NCBI GenBank assembly: GCA_964016885.1 | Contig: OZ024741.1 | Span: 278,442,001 to 278,506,000 of the forward strand | Source of the DNA: Eledone cirrhosa | Taxonomy: Eukaryota | Reading direction: 5' to 3' | Length of the DNA: 64,000 nt | Shown: positions 53,363-64,000 of the stretch, piece by piece | Position numbering within the stretch: the first letter of the stretch is position 1 | Layout: each line of letters begins with the position of its first letter | Notes under the pieces: generated by a model | What the model saw: only the letters and a program-made list of their open reading frames with translations | Told to the model about the DNA's origin: nothing | Databases searched by the model: none | Made by a program: the position numbers and the translations under genes

Positions 53363-53591
53363 CCAATTTTGATACCAACCCTGCCAAAACTGGACCTGGT
53401 TCTATGAACAAAAACCACCCATTTCAAATGATTCCTATATAAATTTATATCTTCTAACATGATATTATACAAGAACCATATTTTAAGTTATTATATAAGG
53501 AACGAAATAATTAATCATTTGAGTAAATCCCTCAAAATCCTGCATTAATTGAAAAAGAATATATTTCATTATAAATATGGTCACAAAAGGG
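53363..53591. mobile_element. piggyBac-type MITE
   Basis: TTAA|CC...AAAGGG|TTAA ends. Similar in reverse orientation to 55084-55329. Confidence 0.65.
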
Positions 53592-53789
53592 TTAAAGAAA
53601 AAAGAAGATATTTTCCATGATCCCAATCTGGTTGAAATTCAGAAAATGTTATGTTAGCAAGCCTGTGTGAATTTATGATTGTAATAATTCAAGAGTTAAT
53701 TTAGTCCATTAAGTTAGTTGCCAACACACTCCAACTTCTTGTTCACCAATGAACTAAGTCTGTCTTAAGCCAGAAGGCTTGTTAGGCCG

Positions 53790-54034
53790 GTGTTTATCCT
53801 GGTTTCATGGTGTGAAGTGACTGAGAGTACAAGACTTTCCACTGGACAGGATGCCAGTCCATCGCAGAGTTAAACCCCCAGCTATAGCTGGTACTCCTTT
53901 TCAGCTGAGTATACTGGAGCAATGTGAAATGAAGTATTTTGCTCAAGAACACAACACACAACCCAGCCCAGGAATAGAATCCACGGCACTGTGATTCTAA
54001 GTCCAACACCTTCAACACTAGGCCATATGCCTCC
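53790..54034 (-). mobile_element. tRNA-derived SINE
   Basis: Minus strand begins GGAGGCATATGGCCTAGTGTT (A-box-like), followed by a B-box-like GGATTCTATTCC and a GTGTTCTTGAGCAAAATACTT core. Confidence 0.75.
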
Positions 54035-55083
54035 GAATAAACTCCTTAATCTTTTATCTTATATCTTTTTAATTACTACTAGAATAACCTATGGGATGGC
54101 TGGTCTTTTACTACCTTCACTCAGGCCCTCCCTCCCACCTGGCTTATCTCACATTCTCTTCTCATCCATATTCTGTCTACTTTCTATAGATTCTGCATTA
54201 ACATCTACTTATATTCCTTTCTCCTCAGAATGTCATCTATCTGGAATAAAACCCCTCACCTGCACAACCTGACTGGCAGAGAACTGTGTGTGCCTAACAA
54301 TATTCCAGATGTCAGGTGCTGTCCACTCTTGCCACCAGGATTACATCTCTATCAAAGAGATCAGTTGTGGGATTACATAACTGACAAATAGTGGCTGTAT
54401 CAGATGATACAAGTGATCATTAGTTGACCATCAGTTGACCACGAGATGACCATCTTTGCTGAGGTTGCAATCTCATTATAAGGCTGCATATTAGTTATGA
54501 TACACTGAAAATAAAGCACCCAGTCCACCCTGTAAGGTGGTTGTGTTGGTGACACAAGTAAAAAATAAAGCATCCAGTCAACAAGTTCACATTTTTTCCC
54601 AAACATATATGCTGACTATAGATAGCTTGAAATTACAAACACAAATGCCATAGCTGTCAAAATTCAACTCACAGATATATCCCTGTTGCTTAATTACATA
54701 AATATTTCACATGAAAATATAGAATCAAAATGAAAGAAAACATTAAGCCAACACTAAGTGTGTCAACTGGTCCCACACCACAAGGGGTGTCGGAGCCTCT
54801 CTCTAATACTTTTTGAGGCAAGCCAACACACTCGCAGCTTTACCACATGTTAAAAAAACTACACATATCTGCACAGAATTGAAAAGCATGCACCTATCTT
54901 GTTTTTTTAAAGACTTCATTTTAGCATTTTTCCACATTGTACCTCTTTGTTCTTAAGTGTACGACAAAGCAACCTTCATAGTTAACATCAAAGAAATGTT
55001 TGTGACATTTTTAGTATTAGTACATCAGTTGTAGTGCCTTCTCTATTTGCCTCTTCTAATCTGCTTACAAGTTCCTTCTTTAA

Positions 55084-55329
55084 CCCTTTCATGACTGTTT
55101 AATATACGCCCAAGGAACGTAGGTCACTACAACTGCATTTCTAATAAAATACACTCTATTTTAATTGATTAATGAAGAATTTTGAGGGATTTACTAAGAT
55201 AGTAACTTAATGTAAAGTTCTTATATAAAATTATGTTGGAAGATTTTAATTTAAATTGGAAACCTTTAAAATGGGTAGTTTTATTTCATAGAACCAATTC
55301 TGGTTTTGTCTGGGTTGATAATTAAAGGG
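55084..55329. mobile_element. piggyBac-type MITE
   Basis: TTAA|CCCTTT...AAAGGG|TTAA termini. Confidence 0.72.
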
Positions 55330-55408
55330 TTAATCTGTTGAACCAAGTATTGAAACACTCTTCCATTACTTTCTTACAGAAATAATATTTATCAATTTTT
55401 CTGTTTAG

Positions 55409-55572
55409 GTGTACTACAAGCTAACTTACAAGTGATTCATACGAAGGAACAGATTTTTAACCTGTTTTGTCATGAAGCCACTCGAATCTTCCATGACCGT
55501 CTTATTGATGATAAAGATCGTTTTTACTTTAATAATATGATGTCAGAAATGGCTAGCAAGCATTTTGGAGAG
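55409..55572 (+). CDS. DNAH6: DNAH6-like exon 5 of 8
   Basis: gtttag| and |gtttgt. Translates (G)VLQANLQVIHTKEQIFNLFCHEATRIFHDRLIDDKDRFYFNNMMSEMASKHFGE. Phase 1 to 0. Confidence 0.93.
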
Positions 55573-55604
55573 GTTTGTTATGTTATTTGCTTGGTTAAAA
55601 GTTT

Positions 55605-55872
55605 AAATAATTGTTTCTACTTTTGGCACAAGGCAAGCAATTTGAAAGGAAAAGGAAAGTCAATTAAATCGATCCCAGTATGTTACTGGTACTTTATTTT
55701 ATCAACACTGTAAGGATGAAAGGCAAAGGTAACCTTGCCAGGATTTGAACTCAGAATGTAAAGGGTCGTAACTATATGCCACAAAAACCAGCTTAATAAT
55801 GATTTCTAATTTAGACACAAGGTCAGAAATTTGTGAGGAAGGGAAAGTCAATTAAATCAATCCCAGTGTGTT
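55605..55872 (-). mobile_element. SINE copy plus a second SINE tail, same family as 44024
   Basis: GGATGAAAGGCAAAGGTAACC...GGATTTGAACTC and TGTTTCTACTTTTGGCACAAGG are reverse complements of the 44024 element. Confidence 0.75.
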
Positions 55873-56896
55873 AAAGTTTATTTTTTTTGTATTTTGTTTT
55901 AGTTTAGTTTATAGTTAATGGTTGTTGTTTTTATTTCTTAACATTTTATTTTATTTACTCCTGAATAAGTGCAACGTAATAGTATCACAATTAATTCATA
56001 GGATGTTATCAATTCATTGGTTTATTAAATAGAGAAAATTGATAATGATGTCGCATGGAATTAGCTCACTGTCTATATAAATTCTTTTACAACTTGTATA
56101 GCTATTTTGAAAGTATTTTCTATATCTATGTTGATTACAACTGCTTAACTTTCCAGTTGAATCTTTAAACGATGCTATTTGGCTGTAAATATGTAAATTA
56201 CTTTATTTGGCTGTGATAAAGTAACAAGTAAGCTTAAAAGAGTTACAGATATTGTGATAGGTTTTCATTGAAAAAAGTGTTGTTTTTTTATGTTTTAAAG
56301 GAAAATACATTTCAAAAAGAATATTTTAATTTTGAAATATTGTCAGGAAATAACATGGTTTTAATGTCAAAATGATAGCAGTAGGAAAAACTTCTCTTCA
56401 ATATCACTAAAATTCTTCTTTTTTAAATTTGTAAAGGAATTTGAATTGAATTTGTTCTTTGGAAACACAAGATAAAATTTTACTGAAATAAATATTTAAA
56501 ATTTTAAAAAAATATTTAGATGAACAATTCTGTCAATTTATAGTTAGCTGTATTAGGAGCCCCTTTAAGAAGATGTTAATTATATGAAAGATGGAAAAAA
56601 GTTACTACTGACAAATGAGTATAAAATGCTACTCTGAATATGACTACAACTTTGTCTATTGTAATGTTAAAGTATGATAAAGTATGTACTACATCTTAAC
56701 TGAAACAAACTGGGTTTCATAAATGTCTCGGACTTTGATTTATTGTGTGAACTTATATTTCTGTTCTCAGAAATATGATACTATGAATCCAACTGGAAAT
56801 CTTAAATGATGATGACAACTATTGATTTTTTTTTTTTTACTCTATCATTTGGAAACTATAATATTTTTATAAATTATTTTTCTCTTTCTTATTCAG

Positions 56897-57028
56897 ACAA
56901 TATTGGCCGAAAACTTAATGAAAAAACCCATCATTTTTGGTGACTTCCTTCGAATTGGTATACCATTATCACAGCGTGTTTATAAAGAAATTGTAGACAT
57001 GGATAAATTGAAAAATATCCTCATACAG
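56897..57028 (+). CDS. DNAH6: DNAH6-like exon 6 of 8
   Basis: attcag| and |gttaat. Translates TILAENLMKKPIIFGDFLRIGIPLSQRVYKEIVDMDKLKNILIQ (KPIIFGDF motif). Phase 0 to 0. Confidence 0.9.
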
Positions 57029-58057
57029 GTTAATATTTTTCTGTTTTTCTTTTAATAACTAATATATCTTTTAAAAGGGCACATGAACTCCTCAGAGTCA
57101 ACGGCCATCCACCCCAACTATAGGTTAAATAGTCTCACAAACCTGCAATTGGCCAAGTGTGGTGAGTATGTCTACATCCCTGACATAACCAAAACCAAAT
57201 AGGAAGTGATAGAGGTCAACCATGGAGGGGTTCTTTTAACAGGAGTGAGAAGGCCCTGGATTGGATTTCTTTTAAAGAAATGAATAAATTATTTGCAGAA
57301 CTACTTTATGGAAACATAGATACAGTTGGTAAACCCTAGGTAAAAATTGGTTAATTGGAAATATGACCAGCAGCATTCCAATTGTGATCATTCCATCTTT
57401 TTAGGAGTACAAGTATACCTCATCTTACATCATTTAGAGTTTCGTCATTTTTGAAGTTATGGCAGTTTTTCTTAATATTGTATGTCAAAAATATTAAACC
57501 AAAATATTAAACCATAAAAAACATAAAAAATAACAATAAAAACATAAAATCACATTTAAATAAATGGGAAAATATACAGCATAAAGTAATGTAGTGTATT
57601 ATAATGTATAATTTATAGGTGTGGTTAATTCTACATTTTTCATTTTTCCACTTAAGTCTTGAGCCAATTAACAATGTAGGGTGCAGTATACCTGTATTTA
57701 AAACTACACTATCTAATGTGTCTTTTCTGTTTTTAAGACAGTAGGTTGTGAGTTGAGGGAGATTTGGTTGATATTTTTTCATGCTCAGAGTTGCTGAAGC
57801 AAACTACCTGCATCAGTTGTTAGCTATCGGGACACTGCATCCTTCAAAACCGCCATGCTTCCTGAAATTTACCAACACTACACGTGATATTCCCCCTCTA
57901 TATACACGCACATATCTGTGTGTATATCATGACTCTTACACTGTTCACTTTCCTGATATTTGTACATTATTCTATGTACTATACATGCACCTTTGATGAG
58001 TTGTGGTGCACCTGAGCACTCTACACAATAATTTCATCATTATTATTGTGTGAATTA

Positions 58058-58220
58058 GGGTCGGACGACATGCTTTGCAGCAAAGAGTTACGGCCCTTTA
58101 TGATCTGAGTTCAAATCCCGCCGAGGTTAACTTTGCCTTTCATCTTTACGGAGTCGATAAAATAAAGTACAGGTATTGCACTGGGTAATTGCTGGCCTTG
58201 TGCCAAAAGTAGAAACAATT
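58058..58220 (+). mobile_element. 5'-truncated SINE, same family as 44024
   Basis: Near-identical body. TSD TTATTATTGTGTGAATT on both sides. Confidence 0.85.
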
Positions 58221-58294
58221 ATTATTGTGTGAATTGCAGAATTGGTTGCATGAATTGCAAAATTTTTTTTTGGGTGTGTGGATAGCAGAATTGG

Positions 58295-58622
58295 GTGTGT
58301 AAATTGCAGAATTGGGTGTGTGAGTTGCAGGATTGGATGTGTGAGTTGCAGGATTGGATGTGTGAGTTGCAGGATTGGATGTGTGAGTTGCAGGATTGGA
58401 TGTGTGAGTTGCAGGATTGGGTGTGTGAGTTGCAGGATTGGGTGTGTGAGTTGCAGGATTGGATGTGTGAGTTGCAGGATTGGGTGTGTGAGTTGCAGTA
58501 TTGGGTGTGTGAGTTGCAGGATTAGGTGTGTGAGTTGCAGGATTAGGTGTGTGAGTTGCAGGATTGGATGTGTGAGTTGCAGGATTGGATGTGTGAATTG
58601 TTGAACTACATGTGTGAATTGT
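58295..58622. repeat. 21-bp minisatellite (TGTGTGAGTTGCAGGATTGGR), about 15 copies
   Basis: Directly visible. It explains the 7-aa repeat ORFs in the track. Confidence 0.95.
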
Positions 58623-59733
58623 TGTAGTATAAATTAGAATTTGGAAATATTTTATAACGTTCAGCAATGAATTTTGAATTAATGTTTACATTTGAACTAA
58701 ATTCTCCAGACACTGTCCAAAATGAAATGTCTAGTTAATTTTGATATCCACTTATACATATTAAAAATGATGTTATAAAATTTAAAGTTTTATGATTCTC
58801 TTGATACCAGAATGAAATAGTGTGTAACATAAATCATGTTCAGTATCAATAGAATTTGATAGTATTAATAAACCTATCATTGTTTATATATATATATATA
58901 TATAAAAGTTATAATTAGAGAAATTCAACCAAAATTCATGAAGAAATGTTTATTAGTTTAATAATAATAATAATAATCATTTTATGTCCGCTTTTCCCTG
59001 CTTGCAAGAGTGGGACACTCATAATTGTTTTGGCATTAATACACATTAATAATAATATATATATATATATATATAAACAGAATAAATGGAGGAGAAGTCA
59101 ATACGTTTAAAACATATTACCTTCTCCTCCATTTATTCTGCTTATACTTGCTCTGCTTACCTTCTGCGCTTAATCTTCATTAAATATTAACCCTTCTATA
59201 ATATTTAACACTTCACCCCTAAGCATTGAGCACACCTCGCTTTGGCTATTGGCGTCTAGTATACTGTATCAAACTTTTTTCTCTCTCCTCCTTTCTTATG
59301 ATACATTTCTCTTCTTATATATATATATAGGAAAATGTATGACCGGGGTCATACATTTTCCTATTACCCACTCTACTACCCTAAGTATTGAGTACTCTGG
59401 TGCGTTATGGTCCATCTGGTTCCTTACCACACCTCCTTCGTTATATATATATATGTATATAAAGAGTTTTACTAATATAGTGTTAATGAACCACTGCCAC
59501 CATCACCACCACCACCACCACCACTCATCATCATTATTTAAGATTTGTTTCATCATTTCATCATTTTTATGTCCATTATTCCATGCTTGTATGGGTTGGA
59601 CGGGTCCTTCTCAGTACAGCATCTCTTCATTCGCCGCATTTCTGTGTCATCTCCTCTGTATTCATCTTTGTATAAAAAGCAAAACCTCCCAATGATGAAA
59701 CATTTCTTATTTTTTATTTTTCTCTTCTTACAG

Positions 59734-59894
59734 TATCTTGATGAATTTAATTTACAATCTCCCAAAGAAATGAAGCTGGTATTTTTCATTGATGCAATTT
59801 CCCATATTTCTCGCATTATTCGAATTATTAGACAAAACCGAGGCAATGCTTTACTTGTAGGTGTTGGCGGTGTTGGTAAACAATCTCTCACCAA
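59734..59894 (+). CDS. DNAH6: DNAH6-like exon 7 of 8 (AAA4 Walker A)
   Basis: ttacag| and AA|gtaagc. Translates [53 protein letters not shown](K). Phase 0 to 2. Confidence 0.95.
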
Positions 59895-60077
59895 GTAAGC
59901 AACATATGTTCTTTCTTTTTTTTAATTTTTATATTTCTACAAGATAAGAATACTTCCCATTACATTTTTTTTTAAATGATCGACAAGATCTGAGGCCCCA
60001 TTCTCTTACTAAGTGTGATAGGACTCATTAAGTCGGACCAAAGAAACAATGTTTTTCATTGGTCTTTCCAATTTCTG

Positions 60078-60232
60078 ATACTATCTACCGGTCACAACTC
60101 CAGGCAGAAGGAATAATGTGATATAAAGTGTCTTGCTCAAAGTTACAACACATCATTGCCCAATCTGGGAATCAAACTCGCAACCTCACAATTGTGAATC
60201 CAATTTTCTAATCACTAAGCCACTTGCCTTTA
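60078..60232 (-). mobile_element. Degenerate tRNA-derived SINE
   Basis: AAGTGTCTTGCTCAAAG and GGGAATCAAACTC motifs; sibling of the element at 50680. Confidence 0.65.
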
Positions 60233-60411
60233 TTTTACTATTTAAGGGTTAGGAGAACTCTTCAGCTGTGTCAAGTTCACTGGTGTTGGTACCATGATAA
60301 AATATACTTGGTAGAGTACGGGATCACATGTTGAGGCCCCCCAATAATGACAATGATGATAACGATAATAATGATAATGATAACGATGATGATAATGATA
60401 ATAATGATGAT

Positions 60412-60780
60412 AGAGTCATTAGAATCTTGGATAGAATGCTTTACAGTATTCATTCCTGTTCTATACAGTTGGCGTTCAAATCCTGCTGAGGTCAACTTTG
60501 CCTTTCGACCTTTCGAGGTCAACAAAAAATACCAGTTCAGTACTGGTGTTCGATTTTCTTTCTATATCTCTTTCTTACTTTCTTGCTACTTCTCTCTCTC
60601 TCCCTCTCTTTACTTCTCTAGAAGAAATTGGCTGTGTGCAGACATGAAGAAAGATAGGGAGGGGAGACCAACTATACAGGAGTGTGGAGACTGGCGTTTA
60701 TATAACCGAGTAAAGACTATAACCCATGATGGTTGTGCCCCAGCATGGTTGCAATCCAATGACTAAAACCATTGAAAGAA
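60412..60780 (+). mobile_element. SINE fragments preceded by an (ATG/ATA)n microsatellite
   Basis: GTTCAAATCCTGCTGAGGTCAACTTTGCCTTTC body and a CCCCAGCATGG...AATGACT tail. Confidence 0.55.
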
Positions 60781-60917
60781 TATGCTATCATGTTTTGACT
60801 CTCTAGGCTTGCTGTCCATATATGTTGCTATCAAAAGTTGTGTGCCAGTGTGGTCACAACCCAATATCTGAAACTAATAAAACAATATGCTATCATGTTT
60901 TCTCTCTCTCTCTCTAG

Positions 60918-61068
60918 GCTGGCTGCCCATATATGTGGTTATCAGTGCTTCCAGATTGAATTAAGACGAGGTTATGATTATGCATCCTTCCGTGATGACT
61001 TAAAGAAGCTGTACGAATTGGCAGGATGCAAAAATGAAAACATTGTCTTCTTATTCAATGATACTCAG
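60918..61068 (+). CDS. DNAH6: DNAH6-like exon 8 of 8 (AAA4); the gene continues beyond the window
   Basis: ctctag| and |gtatat. Translates LAAHICGYQCFQIELRRGYDYASFRDDLKKLYELAGCKNENIVFLFNDTQ. Phase 2 to 0. Confidence 0.94.
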
Positions 61069-61083
61069 GTATATATATATATA

Positions 61084-61451
61084 ATCATCATCATCATCAT
61101 CACCGTTTTACGTCCGTTCTTCCACGCTAGCATGGGTTAGACGGGTTGTCCTGTTGTGGGCAGTGTCTGGTCGGCTGACCATGCCTTGCTCATACAGGAA
61201 CTGATTTGGCTTGATTTCTACAGCTGGATGCCCTTCCTAACACCAACCTCATTTACAGTGAGTGCTGGGTGCTTTTTCGTGGCACCTACACGTCCACTTT
61301 ACAGTGTGGGCTGGGTGCTTTTTTGCCGTGGCACCTCCACGACCACCTTGCAGTGGGAAAGGGTGTGGTGGCATATTGTGTATATGCTTCAGCTTGTACC
61401 CATGGGAGGTCGGGTACTCTGTATTATTGCGTGACGCCAGAGGTCACGGCC
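61084..61451 (-). mobile_element. 3' end of an RTE-type LINE (5'-truncated)
   Basis: (CAT)n tail. Collinear with 63011-63376, which leads into RT-coding sequence. Confidence 0.85.
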
Positions 61452-62162
61452 TCAGAACTGGCTACAGGCCTTCGTCACTGTCCCCCGACTTAGGCCCGTA
61501 AAGGCACTTGTGATCTTGGTCTTCAGATCGTCTTTCGTATTGCAGCTAGATCTGTTGGTGTCTCGTTCCACTGCGCCCCACACAAAGAAGTCGAGAGGGT
61601 TGCAGTTAGGCGGGCTGGGAGGCCAGATGTCAGGTGAAGTGTGGTCGACAAAGTTCTCTGACAGCCAGGCTTGGGTCTTTTGGCTGGTATGGCAGGGCAC
61701 TGATTCTTGCTGCCACACGTACGGCCTACCTGCAGCTACCTGGTCGATCCAGGGCTTTACTACCTCGCTCAGAACGCGGATGTAGCCATCGGTGTTCAGC
61801 TTGAGGCCCTCAGGGAAGAAGTGAGGTGGCATGATGTCACCTTGACTGCTGACGACACCTAAGACCAATGTTGTCGCTGGAAACTTTGTCTGCATGACTC
61901 TGGGCACGTCTTTGGATGAGACACCATTCTCCTGCTGACACTGAGAAAATCTGAAATTTCTTTATTTGTCCTCCCGGCGCAGATTCCAAGAAGAACTCCG
62001 TGTCTCTTCCACAAATTTGGAAGTTCAAAATTATTCATAATCAATTATTCTGAAAATAAATAATGGAAATATAGTCACTGTTTTTATGAGTGACAACGGA
62101 AGTAAAAAAATTTGCATAAAATTAGCGGTTGAAAATTGCGAACAAATATCGTCCTCACCCTG
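61452..62162 (-). mobile_element. Internally deleted DD37D (maT-type) Tc1/mariner transposon remnant
   Basis: Minus strand starts TA|CAGGGTGAG. An HTH-like N-terminus is joined to ...WQQESVPCH...WPPSPPNCNPLDFFVW. There are 37 residues between the second acidic position (here E) and the last D. Premature stop, and no 3' TIR. Confidence 0.85.
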
Positions 62163-62180
62163 TATATATAAATATATATA

Positions 62181-62476
62181 TATAGACAATATGCCCCCAC
62201 ACCCTCCCACTGCAAAGTGGTCGTGGAGGATCCACGGCAAAAAAGCACCCAGCCCACACTGTAAAGTGGACGTGTAGGCGCAATGGAAAAAAGCACCCAG
62301 CACTCACTGTAAATGAGGTTGGTGTTAGGAAGCATGCAGCTATAGAAATCAAGCCAGAATCAGTTCCCGTATGAGCAAGACAAGGTCAGCCGACCGGACA
62401 CTGCCCACAACAGGACAACCCGTCTAACCCATGCTAGCGTGGAAGAACGGACGTAAAATGGTGATGATGATGATGA

Positions 62477-62478
<2 letters not shown>
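62181..62478 (+). mobile_element. 3' end of an RTE-type LINE, inverted relative to the 61084 copy
   Basis: Reverse complement of 61084-61385, ending in (GAT)n. Confidence 0.88.
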
Positions 62479-62536
<58 letters not shown>

Positions 62537-62742
62537 GTATATATAATATATGTATATGTAATATATATATATATATAATATATGTATATGTAATATATAT
62601 ATATATGTAATATATATATAAGTCCCACCCTTGCAAGCAGGGAAGAGAGGACGTAAAGTGATGAAAAATGTGTGTATATATATATGTGTATATATATATA
62701 TGTATTTATAATATATATATATATAGATAGAGAGAGAGAGAT
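62478..62742. repeat. (TA)n / (GA)n microsatellite region
   Basis: Directly visible. Confidence 0.9.
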
Positions 62743-62980
62743 ATGTTTATCCCGGGCTCAATTGGGGGTAACCACAGTAAGTAAGGTACTCAATACATAG
62801 CAGAGTATCAATGTTTAATATAGAAATGGTTTCTCCTGACAAGGGCTAATGCCCAATATTTTGTTGACACTTTTTTTTTCAATTTCTTACTAATAATACT
62901 TTTTGGTATTGTACTCTGTGTTTGTTTTTCACTTTTGACCTAGCCCTATCTATCTCTCTCTCTCTCCCTCTCTCTCTCTC

Positions 62981-63010
<30 letters not shown>

Positions 63011-63011
<1 letters not shown>

Positions 63012-64000
63012 CATCATCACCGTTTTACGTTCATTCTTCCACGCTAGCAGAGGTTAGATGGGTTGTCCTGTTGTGGGCAATGCCAGGTCATGTGACCATG
63101 TCTTGCTCATACAGAACTGATTTTGGCTTGATTTCTACAGCTGGATGCCCTTCCTAACACCAACCTTATTTACAATGAGTACTGGGTGCTTTTTACCATG
63201 GTGCCTACATGACCCACCTTACAGTGTGGATTGGGTGCTTTTTTGTCGTGACACCTACATGACCACTTTACTATGGGAGGAGATGGAGGCATACTGTCTA
63301 TATGCTTCAGTTTTGGCTTGTACCCATGGGAAGTCGGGTCTTCTGTATTACTGCGTAACGCTAGAGGTCTCGGTCCTATGTCATTGCCGTTGAGAGGTGC
63401 AATTGGGCAAGATCAGCTTTTATCACCTCATCCCAGGTCTTCTTGGGTCTCCCCACTCCAAAGCCTCCATCGACTTTTAGTGCTCTGCACCTTTTTATGC
63501 AGCTGTCATCCTTCATGCGCATCACATGTCCATACCAATGCAACCTCCTCTCCTGCATACAGCATTTGATTCCTCTTATGCTTAGTCTCTCTCAATTTGT
63601 TTATGCTTTGCCATTCATGAATATTACTATTACACATCCATCGGAGCATGCAAGCTTCATTTCTTTCCAATCTACACAAGTCTTCTACACACAGTGCCCA
63701 GGTCTCACTACCATGTAATATTGCTGTTCATATGCACGCATCATACAGTCTGCCTTTCATTTTGAGGGAAAAGCCTTTTGCAACTAACAGTGATAGTAGC
63801 TCATAGAACTTCTTCCATCCTGTTATTACCCTAGTTATTGTACTTTCATAACACCCACCTCTGCTACTAATTTGGTTTCCTAGGTAGCAGAAGCTGTCTA
63901 CTGTTTCTACAGAGCCCTCCCAAAGTTTGGTAGTGCATGTTTCCTGTCGTCATTTGCTGCTTACTGTCTCAGTGCAGCTGCTACATGTGATGCCTACAAT
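63011..64000 (-). mobile_element. Degenerate RTE-clade non-LTR retrotransposon (RT C-terminal region plus 3' UTR), running off the right edge
   Basis: Minus-strand translation ETVDSFCYLG...GWKKFYELL...KGRLYDACI*TAILHGSETWA...RRLHWYGHVMRM...GRPKKTW, with an in-frame stop. (CAT)n tail at 63011. Confidence 0.9.

Noticed and set aside
54090-54390. Possible CR1/L2 LINE remnant (also 57770-58045)
   Set aside because: The resemblance is too weak to support without a repeat-library search.
58146-58667. ORFs with THTSNPA / RIGCVSC repeats
   Set aside because: These are translations of a 21-bp minisatellite plus a SINE.

Overview
Eukaryotic (animal) genomic DNA. The SINE/LINE repertoire looks octopus/cephalopod-like (my recognition, not verified). 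Bases 1-~42070 are one uninterrupted G/T-rich 48-bp tandem satellite of about 875 units, with nested kilobase-scale higher-order duplications. All long ORFs in the track over this region are artefacts of a stop-poor 16-codon unit. A second satellite follows at ~42115-43070 (16-bp monomer, 64-bp higher-order unit). From 45551 to 61068, eight phase-consistent GT-AG exons on the + strand encode part of an axonemal dynein heavy chain, most like DNAH6, from just after the AAA3 Walker A lysine into AAA4. The first exon starts mid-motif and I found no upstream exon in the window, so both satellites probably lie inside a single intron of more than 45 kb, reminiscent of the satellite-filled giant introns of Drosophila Y-linked dyneins. 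The introns also hold tRNA-derived SINEs, RTE-type LINE remnants, a non-autonomous Helitron, piggyBac and DD37D (maT) transposase relics, MITEs, rearranged U6 fragments, several minisatellites, and a long inverted-repeat structure next to the last exon.
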